From: Ylistrum balloti | Lineage: Eukaryota | Direction: 5' to 3' | Length of the DNA: 64,000 bases | Assembly: GCF_031769215.1 (NCBI RefSeq) | Contig: NW_026781965.1 | Span: 2,666,001-2,730,000, forward strand | In this document: positions 39,262 to 49,200 of the stretch, piece after piece | Layout of the letters: each line of letters starts with the position of its first letter | Position numbering within the stretch: the stretch's first letter is position 1 | Made by a program: the position numbers and the translations under genes | Notes under the pieces: model-generated | What the model was told of the DNA's origin: nothing | The model's database searches: none | Seen by the model: only the letters and a program-made list of their open reading frames with translations

Positions 39262-39526
39262 TTAACAAGGCATCGGAAACATTAGAAATCCTCCAGTTTC
39301 CATTTATAATGACGTTGTGTTGCGTCTAAGTAACGGTGACCTTAAGGTTGACACTGGCATACTGAAACAGGTTCAAGTCGTTCAAGGTATCATAATACTT
39401 TACCAAAATGTGAAGTTTGATTAAAATCGGTTGAGAAATGAAGTGGCTAGAGTGATGACAAAAATATACATACGTACACACCTGCGTACAAACGGAACGC
39501 TATATCCTCGTAAAGGGATAATAATA
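39262..39526. mobile_element. possible short non-autonomous element (Helentron/HINE-like)
   Basis: Starts TAACAAG and ends with a small hairpin, TATATCCTCGTAAAGGGATAATAA. The interior resembles common mollusc interspersed repeats; family assignment is by recall only. Confidence 0.3.
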
Positions 39527-39797
39527 AGTTATTAATCAATTACATCGTGTACTGAGGTACATACACACTAATAAAAACACTGTGACGTTAACATTGTTGT
39601 CAACATGGAAGTTTGTGCCGAGGATGTATGCATTCTGGTTCTTATCTCAAAGTAAATAATTTATATCTTTTCTTGGTAACGAAGAATAAAGTTTGGTCAA
39701 AGTTAACACAAACATATACACGAAGAAAACTCAAACATAAAAACAAAGAAAGTGCAAAATTTAAAACGTAAATGTTAAATAGTGCACAAGTCAACTA

Positions 39798-41900
39798 TTA
39801 CTTCTTTCCTGCCGAGAAATAGGCTAAGGCCGCTTTCTTGGCTTCCTTCTCCGCCTGTCTCCTAGTGCTTCTGTCAGCTCCTAATGTAGAGAAAAGACCT
39901 TTGACACTTTCCATTAGGTGGTCCTTTGATACGGTCGGTGGAGTTGTTGGTCCATTTTCCTCTTTATCTTTTCTCCTGTTTTCTTCATCTGTTAGGGCAG
40001 TTTCCGCAATTTGCAGGATCAGGTTAGGAATCGGTACTTTTGGTTTTTCAATCGAATCTGTCGATGCTGGTTTGGCAAATCCTTCAAGGACATTCACAAA
40101 TGCATCTACCGACCGCTCATCCCTTCTGTGTTCTACTTGATTCTTCACTTCATCTAACGTGCTCACTGGAATTTTTACAACTCGTCGAGCATGGGCTCGT
40201 TCTTTTTCAAGACAAAAGAAGGATCTCAAATAGAAAATTGGATCCAAATGGATCTTTTCTATTTTCTCGACGATAGCAACACGAATGTCTCTCTCCAAAC
40301 CTGCAAATAAGTTGCTGGGAAAGAAGTAATGTATCAGGCATCCTTCATGCAGCCTGTCTCGCATGTAGTCTAGGAGCTTTCTTAGCACATCCAGTACGTC
40401 TCCGCTGTTCTCTGAGTAGGTAGCTGGGTCGGTGGATTCAAGCATTCGATATATAGCTGTTTTCCAGTGAAAAGTCGTCACGACCTCAGAATATTCCTCT
40501 AGAACGCTTCTCTGGAATGCTTTGATCATCAGCAAGCATTTCTTATGGCCAGGAGGCATTTCTCTCGCCAGGATGATTTCAGCCAGGTTGCAGGATAGAC
40601 AGAAATCTATATCTGGTTTTTCATCTTTCACTGCAGGTTTGGCAACAACGAAAAACTGACTTTTGGAAATATCCTCTACAATTTCAGGATTTGGCCAATG
40701 CCCTCCGAGGACCCGCTGCATCCATTCTTGTATAAATTTAGGTGGTTCAGATAATCGAAGTGCTAAGATAAAGTCTTTCTTAGACTTGCTACGATATGTT
40801 GCGTATACTTCTGTGTCTTTTTTCTCCTCAGACTTGCTGTCCACACTTTCTTTTTCTGTGATTCCGCTTACAGTGTTTTCTTCCGGTGTCGATATTCCAT
40901 TCTTACCGAACGTTTCTTCAGCTGGTGTAGAAACATCCATATTGTCTGTTTTCGCATCACAGCATTTCTGAATGTCTTCTTGGGTCATACAATCTTTGTC
41001 GGAAGTGTGCATCCTGGCTTTCTTGCCTCTGCTACTCGTTGCTATCTCGTTTTCCTGAAGATGGCAAGTAGAGTCTACAATTTGTTCCTTGTCATCATTG
41101 GAATGCTCGTCAGTTGGCCTTTTCTTCGACGTGCCACTCGTTTTACCTGCTAAAGCGCTCAAAATGGGACCGAACTGCTGGTAAACTAACCCTGTTGATG
41201 TATCATTGTTTTTCATGTTTTCTATGAAGTCAATAACAGCAGCAAAAGACGCTAATATATTGTTCCCATCTTCTTGTAGAACCTTTGAACTTTTCCTACG
41301 CTCCTCAAACTGTTGGTATAAAGCCCGTTCACTTGCAGATCTGGCATTTCTCTTCACACTCAGATCTTTGCAATCCCAGTCTGCGTAATTTACCAAACTG
41401 TAACCAGGTTTCATGCTGGTGTTGATAGCTAAGTGTGGAGTGTTTCGACCATGGGACGTGGTAGATCTGCTGACGATATCGAAAATCCCTTTCAAGTGTG
41501 GAAATGCCAATATGCTGACATTCTTCAACAACCATGTTGGTAGGTATACGCCATCTATCAGCTGATCACAAAACTCTTGTCCCATGAAGGACCCTTTGAT
41601 GTGAACAAAGCAGGGTAGGTCTTCTCTGTACACCAAACAATCAGTAGGGACTATGAAATTACCAGACAAGATATAATCGTAATCTCCTTCGTCCTGTTCC
41701 GAGCGTAGACGTGTTCCTTCCTTTGTACTCCCGACTACTTGACAGTGTTCTATGCCGAACTCAGAAACAAAACTGCTGATGTAAGAACAGTACTGATCTT
41801 GTCGTTTGTCATTCGGTACTGGATGTGTCATGGCCATTAATTTGTTTAACAATTCTGTGAACGACATGGTCCCGACGTCTTGAGATCCACCTTCTGCCAT
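39798..41900 (-). CDS. Mab-21/cGAS-like nucleotidyltransferase (cGLR-type), copy B, 700 aa, single coding exon
   Basis: VGS...GDYD(D73,D75); KDFILAL (D376); HWP...FVVAK; LSCNLAE; TFHWKT; HYFFPSNLF. Acceptor ttgtattgtag|GTAACCATG. Confidence 0.92.
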   Translation of the reverse strand: MAEGGSQDVGTMSFTELLNKLMAMTHPVPNDKRQDQYCSYISSFVSEFGIEHCQVVGSTKEGTRLRSEQDEGDYDYILSGNFIVPTDCLVYREDLPCFVHIKGSFMGQEFCDQLIDGVYLPTWLLKNVSILAFPHLKGIFDIVSRSTTSHGRNTPHLAINTSMKPGYSLVNYADWDCKDLSVKRNARSASERALYQQFEERRKSSKVLQEDGNNILASFAAVIDFIENMKNNDTSTGLVYQQFGPILSALAGKTSGTSKKRPTDEHSNDDKEQIVDSTCHLQENEIATSSRGKKARMHTSDKDCMTQEDIQKCCDAKTDNMDVSTPAEETFGKNGISTPEENTVSGITEKESVDSKSEEKKDTEVYATYRSKSKKDFILALRLSEPPKFIQEWMQRVLGGHWPNPEIVEDISKSQFFVVAKPAVKDEKPDIDFCLSCNLAEIILAREMPPGHKKCLLMIKAFQRSVLEEYSEVVTTFHWKTAIYRMLESTDPATYSENSGDVLDVLRKLLDYMRDRLHEGCLIHYFFPSNLFAGLERDIRVAIVEKIEKIHLDPIFYLRSFFCLEKERAHARRVVKIPVSTLDEVKNQVEHRRDERSVDAFVNVLEGFAKPASTDSIEKPKVPIPNLILQIAETALTDEENRRKDKEENGPTTPPTVSKDHLMESVKGLFSTLGADRSTRRQAEKEAKKAALAYFSAGKK

Positions 41901-42107
41901 GGTTACCTACAATACAAAACGGATTACCTCTTATTAGAATAAATCATTATTTGTTTAATCCAGCGACGTATCTGATTCTTTATTTATCTGATGAACATAC
42001 TTTTATTATCGAAATATAAAGTAGTTGTGAATGCAATACTTTCATATTTTGGTAGTTAGTACATCATTGAAACTCACTGTTTTCAGAAAGAGGTCAGTTT
42101 TGATGGT

Positions 42108-42953
42108 CTACTTTCGGTTTGGTACTCTAGGCTAGATCAGCCAAATATCTTAATGTCCTACTTTCGGTTTGATATTCTAGGCTAATGAAATGACATTTTA
42201 AAACATCATGCACATGTAATGCCAGCCTTTTAATCACACAATGGTGTAAATTTATTTTCAATAACAGTACATTTACACTATCAAAGCAAAGCACGTGGTT
42301 TTATAACTAAAGATGCATTGTACACTTTTAACAATGGAGCTGCTAGATTCACTTCTGATGAAGCAGAATTATACAAACATGAAATATAAACCGTATTCGA
42401 ATGTTTACCGTCCTATGCAAAATCAGTGTAATACAATCTATAGAATTTGAAAGGAATTTTTCCATTTTGCTTACCGCTACTGTCTTCCTTTATCTTCTGC
42501 GACACCGTAGGAATGTGGTACCTTTTGGACCTGTCCGAAACTTATAACTAATACCGAGGGATTTCCATTTGATTTATAAACAGCAGTGATGTAGTTTGGG
42601 CCTTCAACAGGAGGTTGGAACTTCCCAATGCTGATATCGATTGAAATTTTCCTAATATTTAAATATGTTTTGGCATATGTTTATCACGTCTGTACTGAAG
42701 TGCGATATATCATACTAAATAGTCTAAAAAAAACTATCATAAATGTCTCGTATGAACAACAGGGACCTTACGATACCTCGATTTACATGTTTACCCGACC
42801 AGAACTTAGCTTACGTGTACATAATATACACAGACACTGACTGCTCTCAGAATTTATTACACGGTTAAACAGAAACTAGACTTGGAAAACTTCCGCCAAT
42901 GGTCATAGTCATAGCCATGTACTTTCGTTTAAAAGTTCACAAAGTGAAAGTGA
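42108..42953 (-). promoter_or_regulatory. putative first (UTR) exon and promoter region of copy B with IRF-E-like and kB-like motifs
   Basis: Donor GCG|gtaagc at 42474. ACTTTCGGTTTG occurs twice (42110, 42160); GGGATTTCC at 42558; GGAACTTCCC at 42617; AAAGTGAAAGTGA at 42941. Motif matches only. Confidence 0.3.
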
Positions 42954-43367
42954 TCCTTGAAATTAAATGAGCAGTTAGGAATATGAATCGTCTTTGGGAT
43001 TTTCAAATAATTGTTGCAAAACAAGTTCAAAATGTAGTCAAGACTAAAATGCTTACAACAACATCTACGATTTATCGTTTATTAACTTGCATTGAATATG
43101 AAGTATTTTACAGGGATTGGTTGGAATATTGACATGATAAAAACCTAAATTTTATTGTTAATGGTTTTAGAAATTCTATTCTCAGAAACACCGGATTAAG
43201 AATTGGAGCTTCTCAAGTTTCTATTCCCTAAATTTTCTTTCCAGCGTAAAGCTTCCTATTCATAAACATTAGACCAAAAGTCAAAGATAATAGGGGTCAC
43301 AAACGGTAACATTAAACTCAGTATCAGGTCTCTAAATCCTAAACTGTCATAACCAACCAAAGATTCT

Positions 43368-43715
43368 ACATAATCCAGACCTACACTCGACAATACAGGT
43401 TCTTAGCCATCAAATGTAGACTCTTGTTACACACTCTGACATAATCCAGACCTACACTCGACAATACAAGTTCTTACCCATCAAATGTAGACTCTTGTTA
43501 CACACTCTGACATAATCCAGACCTACACTCCACAATACAAGTTCTTACCCATCAAATGTAGACTCTTGTTAAACACTCTGACATAATCCAGACCTACACT
43601 CGACAATACAAGTTCTTATCCATCAACTGTAGATTTTTTGTTAAACACTATTACGTAATCCAGATCTACACTCGATACTACACGTTCTAACCCATCAACT
43701 GTAGACTCGTGTAAA
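43368..43715. repeat. 71-bp tandem repeat, about 5 copies
   Basis: TAATCCAGA recurs at 43371, 43442, 43513, 43584 and 43656. Confidence 0.92.
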
Positions 43716-44421
43716 AATCTCTCCTGATTCTACATCTTACACAAGAAACTGTATACACGAGGCTACAGCTTTTGACCCCAGAATCGCGAGGTGGAATCAA
43801 CATCTATTTCTACACCCGGGAGAGCATAGCATAGACCACACTACCCAAGTGTTTTCCAAAAATAAAGTTTTCATCATATGATCCGTTTATTGAAGTGATA
43901 GATTGATTCTGTATTTGATACTTGGGTCTATAAACTCCCATCACAGCAGATCAAAGTCCAACAAGATATTGACTTTTATAGGCAATTTTATAGAGCCAGC
44001 ATACCAATTCGGTCTACTTCATAAATATCAGCGATGGACATAAACAGAGTTAATAATATAAGTTAGTTGTTTGATATAAAATTATACATAAACATTCGTT
44101 GTGTTATATATGTGATAAGTGGAAGCCGTTACTACCGTCAAACGTCTGTAATGTTTTGGTTAGGCTGTATAACAGGACAGGTGACGATGCTACAGTCAAA
44201 TACATACCATTTATAACAAAATCTACACATAGAAGTGCTATACAATGAAGCATTTTATATGTTCATTAATCAATCATTCTTAATCAATAAGGAGCCATTA
44301 TCAGCATGTTGTCAAGCTGACAATACTTTATAACAACATTTTTAAAATGCTGAAGTATGAGAGAACGATAAACAAATATTCCACATTTTTAATTTAAAAG
44401 AGAAGTGCACAATGCAAAATG

Positions 44422-46278
44422 TTATTTAATTTCTTTCAGTAAACCAGATAGTTCGAATACGGTAAATAACGCAAACATTGTGTCGTGTGTTTTCGATTCA
44501 GGCGCTGTAAGATAAGCGTCAAATGTCTTCATGATTCTGTCGACTGGTACCATTAATGCTCTCCCCTTTCTCACCAAATCCTTCGTTAAATCGGTACAAA
44601 TCGCTGCGGCCACCTTCACCACCGCTTTTTTTAGCAATGGTTCATCGTCAAACGACTGAGGTGGTTCTCTTACAAACTGTTCTAGAGCAGAAACAATCAT
44701 ATCAACGACAAATTTGTCTGCGTCCATGTGTAGCGATTTCTGTAGTTTTTCTACGTAGGATCGAGACACTTCTATAGTCTTAACACTACTGTTTACATCC
44801 TCATATCTGAAAAACTCCCGAATCGCTTCAACGGGATCGTCAAGAATTTCTGTGAGTTTATCAACAATCATGCCTGTAGTTATGGCGTCCAAATGTCCGA
44901 TGATGTTGCTATGGTTGAAGTAATGCTGTAGATTACATTTATGAAGACATGTAAGCATGTAATCTATTACTGCCTTCACTAAGCCTATCACATTTTCTTC
45001 CATGTCGTTCGTAAGCTGTGAGTAGTCCACATTTTCTGATACCCAGTACAACGCCGTTTTCCAGTGGAACGTAGCAAGTTTATCAGAATATTCCTCTAAC
45101 ATGCAGTTTTGATACGCTTTGATTATAAGAAGACAGTTCTTTTGGACAGGATGCATACATGCAGATAGCTGAATCTCTGCCGAGATGTAGGACAAATAAA
45201 AGTCAGTACTCTCTTCTGACGCTTCTTGTGACACCGGTTTACACACAACATAAAAATCACTGTTACAAATACTGTTCACAACGTCACTTCCTGGCCAAAC
45301 CTTGCCACATACGCGTGCTTTCCACGTATCTATATGTTTTGGTGGACCGTCAACAGGAAATGCTGCTATAAACCTCTTCTGAGATTTCCATCGGTAACTT
45401 GCATAAACGACGTCTTCGCTGTTTGTAGGTCTTGGTGACCCCAGTTCTTCCTCAGCGGCCGTCGAGTTTTGTTGGGTAACTCCGAGCGAGGTTCTTGACG
45501 AACTGTTGATTTCGTCTGTTACTGCATTTACCAAAGGACTCAAATATTGAAAGACTTGTGAATGAATCCCATGATTGTCACTCAGAGTTTTCGCCAAAAG
45601 TGCCAGCTTTCTCAAAACTAGAATAACATTGGCAGTCATGTGCATCAAAAATGGCGAATTTCTTATCCTTTGGCGAAATAGGCCGTAAGCTTTGTCAGCA
45701 TCGGTTGTAGTTGATCTTGATGCATTCTGGATTTCGTCACAGAGCCAGTCGGTGTAGTTGGTAAGGGTAACACCTGGCTTGTTTGGTATATTTATGTTTA
45801 TATGAGGGATGTGCTGACCTTGGAATGTACTAATCAACAACACCAAGGAGAATAAGCCACGTAGACCTGTAAAAGCTTCGCTTCTGACTGTTTTGAGAAG
45901 GTTGCTAGGGAGATACATTCCATCAATTAGCTCAACCGGAAGTTCATCATGTAATTCCCTGCCGTCGATTCGCACAATACATGGGTCTTTTTCATTGTAA
46001 TGAAGAAAATTTGATCTGATTTGTATTTCGGAAATTATCAGATAGTCAATGTCACCTTGATCCTGGTTTAACCGAAGCCTAGTCCGTTCAGCAGTACTAC
46101 CAACTAACATGCATCTCTCGTCACCATACAACGACAGAAGGCTGTTTGTGTAACGGCAGTAACGATCCTGGTCGTAGTCATTCGGTACAGGTGCGGCTTT
46201 TTTTAATAATTCTTTCATTAATTGATCAAAGTTCTCTGAGCTGTAGAGTTCACTTTCGTCATTATCGCTGTCACTCAT
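44422..46278 (-). CDS. Mab-21/cGAS-like protein (cGLR-type), copy C, 618 aa, third catalytic Asp replaced by Arg
   Basis: VGS(60-61)...GDID(D76,D78); KRFIAAF (R302); VWP...YVVCK; LSYISAE; TFHWKTALYW; LQHYFNHSNII. The tracked ORF opens on GTG; acceptor ctttcgttccag| at 46291 precedes the ATG at 46278. Confidence 0.88.
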   Translation of the reverse strand: MSDSDNDESELYSSENFDQLMKELLKKAAPVPNDYDQDRYCRYTNSLLSLYGDERCMLVGSTAERTRLRLNQDQGDIDYLIISEIQIRSNFLHYNEKDPCIVRIDGRELHDELPVELIDGMYLPSNLLKTVRSEAFTGLRGLFSLVLLISTFQGQHIPHININIPNKPGVTLTNYTDWLCDEIQNASRSTTTDADKAYGLFRQRIRNSPFLMHMTANVILVLRKLALLAKTLSDNHGIHSQVFQYLSPLVNAVTDEINSSSRTSLGVTQQNSTAAEEELGSPRPTNSEDVVYASYRWKSQKRFIAAFPVDGPPKHIDTWKARVCGKVWPGSDVVNSICNSDFYVVCKPVSQEASEESTDFYLSYISAEIQLSACMHPVQKNCLLIIKAYQNCMLEEYSDKLATFHWKTALYWVSENVDYSQLTNDMEENVIGLVKAVIDYMLTCLHKCNLQHYFNHSNIIGHLDAITTGMIVDKLTEILDDPVEAIREFFRYEDVNSSVKTIEVSRSYVEKLQKSLHMDADKFVVDMIVSALEQFVREPPQSFDDEPLLKKAVVKVAAAICTDLTKDLVRKGRALMVPVDRIMKTFDAYLTAPESKTHDTMFALFTVFELSGLLKEIK

Positions 46279-49200
46279 TCTTAAATGCGCCTGGAACGAA
46301 AGATCAGCTAATATCACAATCCAAACCAAAACATTCCACAAGCAACTCTGACATGCATCGGATTTATACACAAGGAGTTAAAAATAGCTCACGCTTACAC
46401 ATACCGAGCAGAAGAAATACCATAATATGCACTGAAGATGTGCAATATTTACACGACCTTTGAGTATTAACTTCGGTTTGTCGGCATGTTTAGTTCATGG
46501 ACATAATATACAAGCTAATACTAGCTTGTTGTCTCTCAAGATCGTGTTATCTGTATGGCCTTACCTTAGATTTACTCGCCTTCTTTCTTCCACAGCTGCT
46601 TTTCCAAACTTAAGCCGGTACCCGAAAGATCGCGAGCGGTGTGCTATGGCTGTTCCGTTTGTTATAAATCAGGATTTGTTCGTATCTCTGTAGAGTTACA
46701 TAGGCACCAGACCAATACACTGGAGTGAATGGACTTAGTTCTGGGCTTTGTAAGACACATGTAACTGAATATGAGTGTATACATGGTCGGCTAGATATAA
46801 TCGTCTGGTAGGTCACAGTATAGTGCATATAGAGGTACTTTAACAATAACAAATAATTCTTAATCACAATCAGTTTATTTATAACAGTATATCACAGTGG
46901 GTTACGTATCCGCCGTTTTTCTCACTCGTTTAGACGGAAACACAAAGTGAAAAAATATAATATACTGCTATCCGGAATATTTCTAATTACAACCCTTGAT
47001 ATCAGTAGTTTTGTGTCAATATACATCGCAATTTTACAATACGTTGCGATATCATTCTCAGGTACATACAATTCCCCGGTGTATTATACTTCCATTAACA
47101 CTTTTTACCATGTATTATACCTTTTTCTAACATATTTAGTAATATTAATACCGTCTCTTGTTTCTTATAACTCAAAAGTCCTGACTGGTTAGTCAATTAA
47201 CAATGACACTAAGATTGCCTGGACGGCCAATAGGTGCACCGTTAAACTAAACTCCCATGTTCCAATAAATAAGAGAAGAAAAGCGCTCTTAATTCAGTAT
47301 AATTTAAGCTAATTACTGTAAAATTCTTGGTTTTTGCGGGAATTATTTTTCGTTGATTCCATTTGTACTCTTTGTCCAGGAATCCATATGTTCAGTCCAC
47401 AAACTGATACAAGTGCATGTATAGATTTCTATTTTGTGGGGCTTTGTTTTCGTGGTTTTTAACCAACAAAGCCCCACGAAATATGTGATTTTACACAATA
47501 CCTATGTCAATAACGTTGATGAAAATCGTGTACATGTGTATCTGATCTTATTAACTGTATGATAGCGAAACAATCTGCATTTTATGAAACAGAATATTCA
47601 TCTACCATACGAAAAACATTAACAAGATGATGATCAATTCTCTTAATAACATTGCATAAAGTACATTCTTACCTTGAGAATCAAACCCGGTGTCTATATC
47701 TGTAAAGCCACTGAACGTCAGTCGCACACCATTCACACTCACTACACTAAATCATTACTAGATATTTAATACAAAGTTTTCAGTATAAAACAATGTGTGT
47801 TTCCTCATCAATATGGCATATTTTAATACAACTGCTGACCTGTTTGATACATGCATGTCAAATGCACTGTTTACGACCAGGCAGTTGTCACAGATGGAGC
47901 ATCGTCAGTGAAGATTCGTTACACAGGGGACGTAACGTTAATGATTTTAACGGAATCAAGACAGGTCAGGCACTCCAATCAGCATACAAACAAGGTTATA
48001 TATAGTAACCATTGTAGTTTAACTGTTGAGAAATTTAAATAATACATCCATTTTAATTAAATATTTCATTTCCGTTTCCTCATATCACAACGCTATCTTA
48101 ATCTTCTTTTGTCGAATGTTTACTTCAACAACATATATAACCGCATATTTCCATATTATGTTTACTTATCACATTTTAAATAAAGAAAAGCATAAGCAAA
48201 CATACATATCTTCATAGAATTGACGCTGATAAGGACACCAATTGTGTATATAAAATTAATTTCTCGTTGATAACAATGCCATGGTAACAGCGTAGCGCTG
48301 ACATTGTGAGACTAATAATGAAAGAAACACCTGTTCGGATTTAGATGATTGTACTTTTACCATGAATTAATGAATATCTTACGTATAAAGATATGTAAGG
48401 ATATAAATATCATAATATCAAAACACGATATTAATGGGTTACATTCATATTTCGGAAAGCTTTAGGTGAATATGTTACCTTATATCTGAAATATTGGTCG
48501 ATCTCCAGTCTAGTGTATAACAATCTAATGTGTATCTAGTGTTCTCAACAAAACCTGTATCACTTAACAAGTATTTAATGGTCACAACATATCCCACATC
48601 CCCAAGCATGCCTGTGATGTTCTAAATACCTTGCGTTAAAATAATGCACCAGCTTCATGTTTTATGCCATAATCCAAATCAATTCATGCTTAACGGGATA
48701 TTTCGCGCAATTTCTGGCTGTTCTGTACCTTTAAAGAACTCATACTAATGTCTATTAATTCTATTGTTAGCATCAAAATATCTAAATTTAACCATCTAGA
48801 TACAGAGCATCGGGAAATTCGGAACTGAAGGAACACTGGATCATAGGTTTTATGTAGAGTGTTAGGTAAATACACAAGTTTATATGCTGTTCAATAAAAT
48901 TTCTGTTGGGAATGCAATTTTCTTTGTTGATTTTTTATAATTTACACAAATATCTCATCCTATTCGGCAATAATTTATTAATCTTATGACCATTTAAACC
49001 GAAACGATCTCGAGAATCGTTGTCGCAGACAGAGATTTTGTTAATCCATTCGTGAATTTCTTGCCTTTAGGATTCCCTCTCGCTTTTCTTTGAAGTTTTT
49101 TTTTCATAAAATAGAGCATACTTTGCCCCTGTCCTTTTCTATGGACACCACAGATGTCCAGGTGTAAATGTTCGTGTGTATTTTGCATATTTTACAAAAA

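Noticed and set aside
46279-46371. Hydrophobic N-terminal extension (possible TM anchor) on copy C
   Set aside because: Opens on GTG and overlaps a T-rich acceptor region ending TTCCAG; probably intron.
33461-46693. Plus-strand ORFs antisense to the three cGLR genes
   Set aside because: Shadow frames of long coding regions with no independent motifs.
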